Of a stretch of DNA of 64,000 nucleotides, positions 24,432 to 36,100 are shown piece by piece. A model generated the notes under the pieces. That model was not told the DNA's origin. It was given only the letters and a program-made list of their open reading frames with translations, and ran no database searches. The position numbers were made by a program, and so were the translations under genes. The DNA is from Selaginella moellendorffii (taxonomy: Eukaryota; Plantae; Lycopodiophyta), in assembly GCF_000143415.4 (NCBI RefSeq), contig NW_003314327.1:1002725-1066724 (forward strand), read 5' to 3'. Positions within the stretch are counted from its first letter, which is position 1, and every line of letters begins with the position of its first letter.

Positions 24432-27400
24432 TATTGGGGGAAGGAGGGGCGCTTCCTCCAACGCTCGCTCAAACACAAGAAATGCTTCACTGCTCTTCGC
24501 AAAATGCCCCCCCCCTTTGCCCTTGTGGGGCAAGGGTTTTATACAAGGAAGATGTGGAATATTCAAAGGACCAGAATATTCCCTCTCTCTCTCTCACACT
24601 CTCGGTGGCCACGCCCTAACATGCAACCACAGTGGATCACACTAGCTCTAGATGCGCGAGAACCCTCCGAACAGTGTAGAGTGGACCGCGGCTACTGAGG
24701 CCAAGTGCTGGTAACTACGTGAAATAGTAGAAACTCTAGAAAACAAAGTGGAAAAGAAAGAAAAGAGGTAGGTATGAAGTTTGGAGACAGGGAGGAAAAC
24801 CCAGTGGGAAACCCTGTAGTCAAACTGGACCTTGAAGTTGAAGAAAAGTGTAGAAAAAGTGTGAAAAGAGGAGGAAAATAGAGGAAAAAGAGTGAGCACC
24901 CAAAAAACTTAACCAGTGCCTGGATTTCGGCTCAGGAAAGTGTAATATGCAAATGCAACCTCTTGATGACTTTCGGTATGCTCCAAGGATTGGCCAAAAT
25001 CGAGAAAGAAAAAGAGGTAGAAGAGGGGATGCGTTATCCAAGGGTGGTAAGTATGGAAATGATGAAAAATGGAGTGGTATGGTGGAGCACCGAGATGGTG
25101 GTGGCACTTTGAAAAGGTTGCCATTGATAACTATTGCCCCATAGAGTAAGTGTTGACCACTCGGAGTAGCCAGTAACCAGTAACTAGTAGCTGGGTACTT
25201 GTAACCGGTAACCACTTGCTCTCGCTCCTACTCTTGTGCTTGCTCCGGCACTAATATGGTGGAGCGCTGAGATGGAGGTTGCACTCCAAAAAGGTGGTCA
25301 GTCTAATGTGTCGGACTGAAGAAGTCAATAGGTAAAAAGGACAGCATAGTCACTGGGTTGCCGATAAAGAGAGGTGGCATGTGTCCACTAAGTGCTAGAG
25401 CAGAAGAAAGTGGCTTTGGCTTCTATAGCTTCGCCTAAAGATCCACCTAGGTGCCTTGAGTGAACAGGTTCACCTGGTTGGAAGAAAGTCGCTCCAAAAA
25501 AGCTAGTGCATCGTCAGCAAATGGTCATAAGGATATCTCACAAACGGCACGTCCAAATGAGGTGGTGTCTTTTGCTGCTAGTGCATGTATGTGTGTCTGT
25601 GGTATAGTGTAAATGTGACCTCATGCAGAGATGTGAATGATGGTGAAAGAATGAAAGATGCAAGACGGGAATCTAGAGATAAGTGTGGGCAACACTGCTG
25701 GAAGTGATTGGTGATGGAACTGTGAGTGTAGATGATATGGAATGAGTGAGAGGAATGTGTGGGGTGTAGTAATGGTAAGGGAAGGGCCAAAGAACCTGGA
25801 ACATAGATTGAGCCAAGTGAGGAACCTCCATACAAATGGCAATGCAGCTTGAGGGCAAAATCCAAAGCATAAGCCACGGTCCAATGGAGAAACACCCTCT
25901 GAAAGTAAGAAAAATAGCCATGAAAGTAAAGTGAAAGAAAGGAAGAAAAAGAAAAAGAAAAAGAAGAAAAAAGGAACGCCTTACTAAATGAAGTGTTTGA
26001 GATGAGAGTGGTTGTGAGCGTGTGGGAGCTCCCATCCATCAGCATCAACTAGCACATATGCTCCACCTCCGATGTATCGCTGGACAAAGTAGGTGCCGGT
26101 CCAGCGAGGGGAGAACTTCGAAGGTGGAGTAAACTCCTTGAGTAGAACAAGATTGCCATCCTCGAATGGTTCGGCAGACTGCTAGTGATCAATGACTGAC
26201 TTGATCTTTTGCTTGCCTCGAAGGAGATGTTTTGATGTGGATCGTCATTGTTCTTCCAAGGCAAGAACCTCCAAGTCACATACATGAAGCTTGTCTTCAT
26301 CACTAAGCTAGATCTCTATTGGAAGCATGGCCTCTGTCCCATAGACAAGGGAGAATGGGGTCGCAGAGATGGATGTCTTGAAGGATGTCTAAAAGGCCCA
26401 CCATGCCATAACTAAGTGTTCGTGCCAACGCCTTGGGTGATTCTCCACAAGCTTTGAGATGACTGTCTTCAATATCTTGTTACTGGATTCCGCCTGGCCA
26501 TTGCACTCAGGAGAATAGCTGCTGCTCTTCACATGCTTGACCTGTAGCTGTTGGAGAAGATGCATCACACACTTCCGCCGCATGTGAAAAGTTGGCTGGA
26601 ACTCTTGAATGGTCACAATCCAAGATAAAGTACGAGGACTGTGAACTAGTCGCTGTAAAAGAAAAGTCAGCACAATAAAACAAACATGGGAATGGATACA
26701 GGCTCCAGCAAGAAAGTGACAAAATCGCTCCAAGGTATAAACAACAGCCATTGCTTCTTTTTCTGCATCCACGTACTTCTTTCCAATCTCCTCGAACGAA
26801 TGTGAGGCATAATATGTTGCATGTAGTGGCTTGCCAAGCTGTGAACATTGGAAAAGGTATAGTCCAAAAGCCTCCGTGCCCGTCGTGATGTAAATTTTGA
26901 AAGGAAGTTGTTCTGGTGGTTGGAGTACTAGGGGCTCCATGGTAGGAAATTCTAAACTCAAAGAACTATAACTCGCATGCAGCATGTTCGATTGGCTTGA
27001 TTCTTTCTACCAGTTCTATGTCTGGATGTTATCCTCCATCTCCAAGAAATGGCATGACAGAATACACTCAGAGTCATCAGCTACCACGATTTTAGTAGGA
27101 AGATGTTGGCTGTGTGACACCTTAGATAGTTGCTGAGAAGGATTGAGTTCGGCTGTGTCCTGCGAAAGATGGACCTGGTCTGGAGTGACTGTGTCATCAA
27201 GCTCCATAAGAGAGAGTTGGTCCCATGCAAGAAACAAATCGAGGAGCCCTTCCTTTATCAAGAAACGCTCCAAAAAGCTGGATATGGGAGCCCATACTTT
27301 ATAAGCCCCGTCATCAAATAAAGAGGGCCTGTCTAGAGGCTTGGCCTTACTCTTAAATAAAGAGAGTGATGTTGAGAGATGTCTCGGGCTGCCTAACTCA

Positions 27401-30400
27401 CCTCCAACCATGTCAATCACATTGCATGAGAAAGCATCCATCATATAGATGGTCGACACCACCGCCAACTTAGGAAAAACCTCTGTGAGCTCAGGAGGAA
27501 AGTATGGTGTGGAGGCCATTTTAGTCAGAGCTTGCTAGGCTTGCTAAGAAAGAGCTCTGCCGTGGTTGTTGAGAAAGGTGGCACTGTGGGTTCCATCGCT
27601 AATTTCCATCTTGCCTTGTGTGCTGTCAATGGTGCAATGGGATGTGACTTGCCATGAACGGCCAAGGATGATAGAGTCCTTCAAAGAGGACATTCCAAGA
27701 CATTTGTAGTCAACCACGACGAAATCCACCTTAGAAATAACACCCTACACAGAGATTTTGACACCACAGCAAATTCCTGCTAGAGGAACGTTATGGTTGG
27801 TGAAGGTTTTGAGCACGATGGAGGAGCTCTCAGTGATTTGTAGCTGTGCTGAAAGGGCAGCCTCGAGAGAGATAATGTTGCTTCCAGAACCGGAGTCAAC
27901 CAAAGCATCCATCCTATAAGAGGAAGTACCGATCTGCACTAGGACGAAGAACGAACCAGGATCTCCACCATATCTTGTCATATCGACAATGTGCACCTCT
28001 TGAGGAGTCCTCTTGAGAGTGCTCTCTAGTGTTCCTGACCGTGCAAACTCCTCTAAATGCTAGCTGAATCCCAGGACAAGACACAATATGTCTTGGAGCG
28101 AAAAGGTGACAGTAGTGTCAACCAACTATTGAAGAACTAGTTCCAGAACAGGAATAGCTGTTGGTGAGATCTCAAAAGGAGGAGAGAGTAGTGACTTGAA
28201 GGGGAGCTTACAAGCCACCCTCTGTGTCACTGGGCCTGATGCCAACGGAGATTCGCTCTCAACTGGCGGCGGGGGATTTGTGGCAAGCTGAGCGGCTGCC
28301 TTCTTCTTTGCTTGGGCTCGAGTGGTTGTGGTTTGCTGCTATTGCCTATAGAGTTCCTCGGCTACCAAAATTGTGTTGACTGATGAGGCTGGTGCCTTGC
28401 CTTTGCTTGACCAAGGGCTGCCTCAATTGCTTGTCGTTCCAACTGCTCCTGATACATCTCTAGACCCCGAGATGATATGGAATTATTAGTGAAGGGATGT
28501 TGTTGGACACGTTGAGAAGATGGAGGCCGAAGCTCTGGGTGAAGCTTGAAGCAGCGCTATGTGTTGTGTGTGTTCATCTCGCAGTAAGTGCACTAGCAGG
28601 ATTTAAATCTACGTTCCCGAGCTGTAGCGGCCTCTTTCCTAGACTCCACCAGCTCCTGGAGCAGTTTGTCATGGTGTGATTGCTACTGAAGAATGATCTC
28701 CTTCAGCTGCCACATCTCATTGGCAAAGTTCTCAAGAGCCGGAGGTGTATGCTCAATAGTGACGGGCTTTGGTATGGACAGATGAATGTACAAGGTGACT
28801 CTAACGAGATGATGGCTTGGTCAAAATCAACTCTAGTAATCCCCAGGTTGACCAGAAGCTCTCTTTCTAGCTTCGTGGCAAACGAAAATGCCTCACGGCA
28901 AAACCTGAATGTCTTCTTAAGAAGTTTCCGCTGCACGTTCCCACGTAGACCTGCTATGAATGCCATGATCCCCTGTTGCTCATCTTGGACTACTCTGCAA
29001 TCCCAACACTACTTGCAGTAAGTTCGAAACCATGTGATGTTGTCAGGAACAGACTCGTGAGCACCCTGCTGGAACGAAAAGAGGTCGACAAGTAGCTAAT
29101 TTGTGGGTTTTTCCTCAACAAAGCATTCTCTGAAAGAAGCAAGTAGTGTCTGGAAGTTTGTCTAGTCCTCTGGGAGGAGAGAATCTACCCAAGTTGTTGC
29201 TTTGCATTCAAGAGATTGCAAGAAGTCATGGCACATACGATCATCATCGACAATCATGTTTGTGGTGCAGTAGTAATCAAAGCGACTAATATGCAATGTT
29301 GGAGAGACTGTTCCAACACCTAAGAAGGTTGGCAGATCACTCCCCTTCTGCAGAACATGGAGCTGAGGTCGAGCTAAGGGTGGTTGTGCGATAGCTCGTA
29401 GATCTAAGTCACTGGAATCTGCCAAGGATGAAGAGGGCTCAGCCCGAGAAGGTGCAGTGTCGTATCTAAGCTGCCTTTGGATGTTAGAAAATTTACTTCG
29501 TACCTTAGGGCCTCGAGGTATGGTAAAAGGGTGCCAGTTTGTCGTATGTCTAGTTTGTACCCGCATCAAGTACCCTAAACATTGCAAATGCCCGGTCAAG
29601 GCAACTGGGTTGACAGGAGCAAGAAGACTGTAGGCTAGTGCTCAAGTTGCTCAAAGTTGCCCAAAATGCCTGTGACGAAGAGGAATAAAGGTGAAAACGG
29701 AGATGTAGGCCTCAAGCACACATAACCATTGACCCGTGGGATAATCACCAAAGTAGCCACTGGAGTAGCCAGTAACTGGTAACCGAGGACAAATAACCGG
29801 GACCTGTGACCTGTAACTGGTAACCCCCGCTCTCGCTCCTACTCCTACGCCTGCTCCAACACCAACTCCTATCCCTGTACCCGTTCTTATTGTCCCTGTT
29901 CCTATGCCAACTCTTGTTCCTGCTCCTCCTGTTCCTGTTCCTACGGCTACCTGTTCCTTGAAGATTGCTTCATTCCCAAGGAACCCCCAACAAAGTTTAA
30001 CCCAAAAGAGAAAAATGAGTCCTTTGGTCTTGATCCTTCCCTATTTTGACTGTTGGTGGGCTTGTTGGAAAGAGATCAGCCCCGTCTACCCTCTATTGTA
30101 GGAATATGAGAAGAAGCCACCTCAATATTCCCTGAAATCCATGAAGAGGTAGCCAGAACACCAATATTGTGGAAAAACATGTGCATGTTTATGATGTACA
30201 TCGATACTGAGGCGCCATTGGTATTTCTGGAAAGCCTAGGACCAAGAGCACCTTTAGAAACAAACGGCATCCAAAACAAAGCCTGGAAGAGCACAAATTC
30301 CTACTACAAAGATGACCCAACTTAGCCGGAGAAGAAAATCCTTTTGCATGCCATCAATTCGCCCAAATCTAGTGCCAAGAACCACCACTACTAATAGATC

Positions 30401-30899
30401 TAGGCCAGATTTACAAGCCCAAATGCACTACCTAGAAAAATTCAGCCGAGGATCCAAGCGAGAAAGTGAAAACCCCAAAATGCTCATCCAATCGAGCCAA
30501 GAAATGTTGTATCTCTTCAAATACTGCACGGCTTGATAAGTGCCATACTTTGTTGGAAAGAGGAGCTCCAGACCTATCCAACACGCCCAAGATCAAAGAA
30601 AACCACAGCAAGACGAACAAGGAATTCCTTCCCAAAGTCTGCGGCCAAAAGAAAAGAGAGAAATGATGCTTTAGAAAGTGTTGCACGTCACGCCGGGTTC
30701 ACCATTTGTTGGGGGAAGGAGGGGCACTTCCCCCAACACTCGCTCAAACACAAAAAATGCTTCACTACCCTTCACAAAATGCCCCTCCCCCCTCTTGCCC
30801 TTGTGGGGCAAGGGTTTTATACAAGGAAGATGGGGAATATTTTGAGGACCAGAATATTCCCTCTCTCTCTGTGACTCTCTTGGTGGCCACACCCTAACA
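24432..30899 (-). mobile_element. Non-chromovirus-like Ty3/gypsy deletion derivative (element D) with short LTRs 24432-24621 and 30707-30899
   Basis: ~190-bp direct repeats T(G/A)TTGGGGG...CCCTAACA; 4-bp TSD CTAG; PBS TGGTGAACCCGGCGTGA (~30688-30704) complementary to the 3' end of plant tRNA-Trp; relic gag, protease (LVDSGS), RNase H (AEKEAMAVVY) and integrase (SSYSPECNGQAESSNK). Confidence 0.85.
26389..29599 (-). pseudogene. Degenerate gag-protease-(RT missing)-RNase H/integrase of element D
   Basis: Fragments: 29162-29599 (FLQSLECKATTWVDSL), 28703-28966 (FIAGL), 27745-27996 (DSG protease), 26389-26985 (RNase H fused to IN core). No YxDD RT region was seen. Confidence 0.7.
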
Positions 30900-32216
30900 C
30901 TAGTCTCTTGCTCTTATCCATTAATTGTTGTATGGAGCAACATAGATTCACTACCTCCATCCTTGAGGTATTCTTTTGGTTCAATGGCAAAGACTTTAAT
31001 TTGCCAAGTCTAGAGGGTGTTCACCCCTAGTACGTCTCTTTAGCATTTTCTACTGTGGGATCTATCCACGGCCCAACTTTGTGACCCTCCCATAGGTCTT
31101 TTATTGAGACTACTTTCTTCGCACTCACTATGCCATCGGATTGTCACGGTTTATTTCCCTTAAGTGTTCTTCCCATTTAGTCACCTTAACCAAGTGTCGT
31201 GAATGTGACTTCGGGTATCGAAAGTTACCTATCAACTAGTCCTTATGGACACTCTTACCTTACTGCCACGATGGCAGGAGGTCGGTATTGCTGGACCCTT
31301 TATCAGCCCCTCTTGTTCAAGTGTTAGTAAACTGGACTTTGCATCTGTACTTGGCCGGATGAGCATAAGGACGGAATTCCTTAGTGTCTATTCAGCCAAG
31401 CATACTTGGCCTGGCTTTTTAGTTCTCTTTTGCTCTGTCTTGCACTGGCTTGACAAGAACCCTCGCGTATTGAGATTGGTCCCTCAATATCGTTATATGA
31501 TAGCTTACCGTGTCTGCCAAACACCCTTGCTATCATGCCCTTTGTGTTAGTCTCATTTCGGTCCTAAATGCTATTTATGGAAAGTGTCCAGATTTGCTCA
31601 TTTGGCATATCTACGGAATGTAGAGATCGGTCTGAACACAATGGTATTCGTCCCATGTCCAAATTCACAATCTAGGGACATTCCATATTTAGTAAGTTTC
31701 GAGCTTGTCCCAGAGACTAACTCCTGATACTAAGGGAGGCTTGGGGTGAAAGCCCAAAGCGTGTGTTCCTCAAGGGGGGGGGGGGGGGGGGGGGCTGTGG
31801 GGGGTTCCAAATGTATAGTAGGGATAGTGGGTAGGTCAGGTATAGCCGACCAACCTGAGGTATAGTCTAGCTCCCGCTTGCGTGCCTGTCCTTGTTCTAC
31901 GTGCGGCTTGGGTCTAAGCCCAAGTTCCATTCCATGCTAGTTGGTGGAGTACCTATGTCCTCGCGTTAGGCCACCGGTATACCGAAATAGTGTCAGACTC
32001 CGTTTGGCTCCGTTTTGCGTGCTGGTCCTGGCATTGGGATGCTGGTTGCTCCAGGACTGTTCCAAGTCGCTCCGGGCTCCTGTCCCTTCGCTCCTTGGGC
32101 TTTATGCCCGGGAGTTGCTCCGTGGTTCGGTTCTGTCACTCCTTGGCTTCATGCTTGGGAGTTTGGCACTGTTCCTTCGTTTAGTGGCCCAAGGTCCTGA
32201 ACCTTGGGTTCCTATG

Positions 32217-32268
32217 GACACGTGGCATGGACACGTGGCATATGACACGTGGCATCTGTCACGTGGCA
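32217..32268 (+). promoter_or_regulatory. Tandem ABRE/G-box array (CACGTGGC x4) in the family B LTR; x3 in the 3' LTR at ~45745-45782
   Basis: GACACGTGGC..GACACGTGGC..GACACGTGGC..TCACGTGGC read directly from the sequence. Confidence 0.55.
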
Positions 32269-32458
32269 CAAAGAGGGTTAGGTTCCACTTCGTGGTGTTA
32301 TCCTATGGTAAATCACCATAGGATAAAGGGTCAAAACCACGTGCGCTACATTTGGTATCAGAGGATGAGTCTCAGCGAGTACTATTCAATGAGATTGGGC
32401 AACTAGTCTCGTTGCATACGCAGAGATGAAAACGATGATCCGAGCGGGTACACGTTTG

Positions 32459-33097
32459 TGTGAGACACAAAATCCCTAGGCCCCAAAGTGGAGCCGGAAG
32501 GGCGCCACATGGTAGTGGCCGAAGCGAGAGCCAAACGAGCGTAACACGTTTGGACCAAAAGCTCCGACTTGAAAGGTCAAGAGCGGGAGTGGAACTCCCA
32601 ACGAAGTGCTCGAAGAACGAGCACGAAGCGAGCAAAAGGCAAGGCTCCAAAAAGGGACCCAAAAGGACTAACACATGACACGTGGGAGTGTCCGAGATGG
32701 ACTCGAGTTGGAGTCCGAAGTGGAGTCCGAGATGGACCCGAGTTGGAGTCCGAAGTGGAGTCCGAGATGGACCCGAGTTGGAGTCCGAAGTGGAGTCCGA
32801 GATGGACCCGAGTTGGAGTCCGAAGTGGAGTCCGAGATGGACCCGAGTTGGAGTCCGAAGTGGAGTCCGAGATGGACCCGAGATGGAGTCCGAGATGGAG
32901 TCCGAAGTGGAGTCCGAGGTGGACCCGAGATGGACCCGAGTTGGAGTCCGAGATGGAGTCCGAGATGGACCCGAGATGGAGTCCGAGATGGAGTCCGAGA
33001 TGGACCCGAGATGGACCCGAGATGGACCCGAGATGGAGTCCGAGATGGAGTCCAAGATGGAGTCCGAGATGGAGTCCGAAGTCGAGACCGAGACCGG

Positions 33098-33129
<32 letters not shown>

Positions 33130-36100
33130 TTGGAACCGAGACCGAGATCGGAACCGAGACCGAGACCGAGGCCGAGGCCGAGACCAAGCCCGAGCCCGAG
33201 TCCGAGTCCGAATCCGAGTCCGAGTCCGAATCCGAGTTCAAGTCCGAGTCCGAGTCCGAGTCCAGAGCCTGAGAGGGTGAAAGCCCAAAGCGTTCGTCTC
33301 CCAGACCCTGGGGGGTTTGGTGAGCTCCAAAAGTATAGTAGGGGGGAGGACTGCAGTGGAGCCAGTTTGGCCAGGAAAGGCCAGTTTGGCCCAGGAAGGC
33401 CGGACCCAGTGTTGGGTGATGAGCTGCCCACTGGGAAGTCCAAGACTAGAGTGACACAGACCGACAAGCGGGGAAGCTTGGTGAAGTGTTCAAGAGCCGG
33501 CTCTAGTTCCCCCGGGAGATCGACTGGCNNNNNNNNNNNNNNNNNNNNNNNNNNNNNNNNNNNNNNNNNNNNNNNNNNNNNNNNNNNNNNNNNNNNNNNN
33601 NNNNNNNNNNNNNNNNNNNNNNNNNNNNNNNNNNNNNNNNNNNNNNNNNNNNNNNNNNNNNNNNNNNNNNNNNNNNNNNNNNNNNNNNNNNNNNNNNNNN
33701 NNNNNNNNNNNNNNNNNNNNNNNNNNNNNNNNNNNNNNNNNNNNGACACGGTCGTGTGGTGAGGAAATCCCAGAGGACCGTGGGACTTAGTGGTCGGGCC
33801 TGTAGGCCTCGATCCAGTGGCAGTGTTGGCAAACACGGTCAGGGGCAGAAAGGGACTTAGTGGAGACTGACAGAGGGATATTGGGGAAGGCTATTCCCCT
33901 TGTCGGTGGGCATCCTAAGGATGCTAAGGAGTGGATCTGAGATGACCACTCACGGATGGTTTGCCTAGTCTTGGAGAGCCAAGACGGTGATGCAAGTGGT
34001 ATTGGACTACCAGTGTGGCAAAGGTGATTGGGCATGGCCTTAGCGTAACGGGCTGCTATGTCGGTGGTACCTTTGAGTGTCGGTCATGGGATCGGACACG
34101 TGGAGCACTTGGACCAAGTGCAAATGTTGAGTGGCATGGATGCCATTCTCGGGGCTAGCAAGTCCCAAGTCCTGGATTGGACTTATGGAGGTTGTGAATG
34201 AGACTCCTCCAAGTGGTCAGAGGTGTGGTTAAGTGACTAAAGTAGAATGGAAAATTTAGTCGCTTACAATTTGGTATCGGAGCTGTTCCTTAGTCTGACT
34301 TTTATTGGTGCTCAAGTATATTACCACTAGTGTTGGCATCGGAAGGCCCGAGGAGTGGGCCTATCCTTGAGGAGTAGCAAGTCGGGAAGACATGGCTCTC
34401 CATTACAGTTCATGTGTGAACTTGTAGACGAGGTGGTGGATAGAAAAGGGCCAATAATGGAACGACTTTGGGATCTTGGGAACAGTGCAAGGTTTTCCTC
34501 ATTGAGTTGAGGATGTGATCCGGATGAGCATTTGTCTCAGCAAATTGGCTAAGGTTGTTGTGGTAAACAACTAAAGTTGGGATCACGGGAAAGATAAAGA
34601 CTCCAAAACAATAAAGGAGTCACAAGATTATCCTCATATAGTTGAGGTTGGTGCTCATGAATGTGAGACCAGAGGTAATGACCATGGGAGGTCAAATACG
34701 GAAGAGGACTCAAGTCCTTGAAATGGTAGCCGGGGCTACCTTTAATAAATGCTGGAACAACCCAAGGAGTTGGGGGGTGTACTTAGAGATGAGTGGTATT
34801 CTCATCGCATGGACAAGTAGTCCTAAGGGGCAAAAGTTGCCCCCAGAGAACAAAATCAAGTGTCGGAGTAACACTTGTGAAAATAGTCCTTTTGAGTAGG
34901 ACAGGAATGCAAGAAGTGTATTCCAGTGAGCTAGTGCCTCACAAGTAGGACCTTAAGGGTCTGTGGATTAACCAAGTCCAAAACTGCTGGATGACTCAAG
35001 TAGAGTCAAGGGATGGTCCTAAAAGGACTGATGGAAGCATTTGGACTGAGGTGTGTTGTACCCCACAAAGGATGGGGGGGGATCATAGGATCCAAGGATG
35101 AGAACAGAGGGTATCTCATCGATGGCAAAATGTGCCATGCTAAAGTTATGGGAAAGGTGTTCTCAGAAGAAAACAACTTTGACACAAAGTTGTGTGTGAC
35201 CTCTATGGTGCAGTGCTAACGGATGGTTGGCATGAGAAAGAGCGGTGTTGGTCTTGGCAAAGACATAAACACGAAGGGGAAGTGTCATAGAGGTAGGCTC
35301 GTGGAGCCGATGGTGTGGAGACACCAAATGTGCCAAGGTGTGATACCTTGAGGCTATGTTGGTGGGTTCATGAGAACCCCTTGCCAAAGGAATCCCAATG
35401 GAAATGGGAATGGCATAGCCTAAGCTGCAAAGCATGCAGTTGGAGTGTGGTGACCCAGATAATGATGGAGGTGTGAAAGCACCAAACAATGAGTTGTAGG
35501 ACTTGACAACTATGAGGCAACTAAGCAAGAAGTGCAAAATAACTGGTTGAACGGGTAGAAGGTAGCTACCCAAGACTTCTTAATAGCATAGGGAAGTCGG
35601 ATACACCCTTACGGGGGATAAGTTGCTTGTGTTGCGATATAGTAAGTCAATGTCATAAAAGGAAATACTCATTGTCAAGAAAGCCATCATTGGGACACCC
35701 GAACACTCTAGAACACCAGAAGGTGGTGTTTGATGTCGCGAGGGCAATGGATAAAGCCCAAGGGACTAAGTCCCTAGCGAATGATGGATAGAAGGTGCTA
35801 TCCAAATGTCCAAGGTTGCGGAGACAGGAGAGGACTGTCTACCCGAGTTGGACAAAGCCAAAAATGGAATTTTGGCAAGGCTAGTGATGGGCATGTAAAG
35901 GCCCATAAGCAACAATGTAATCCCAGTGTGTGGGATTATAAGGTGAGCATACCCGGATTGAGGAACCACTCCTTGGGGTATTGGGTAGGTTCATCCCTAA
36001 GAATACTTGCTAAGGCATGATAGAAAGTGCAAAGCTATCCTCCTAATCTGGAGGAGAATAACCAAAGGAAACATATGGGGCCAAAAGATAAGTAGTATTG

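Noticed and set aside
32692-32870. 35-bp periodic repeat resembling a CRISPR array
   Set aside because: There are no unique spacers; it is a head-to-tail LTR minisatellite in eukaryotic DNA.
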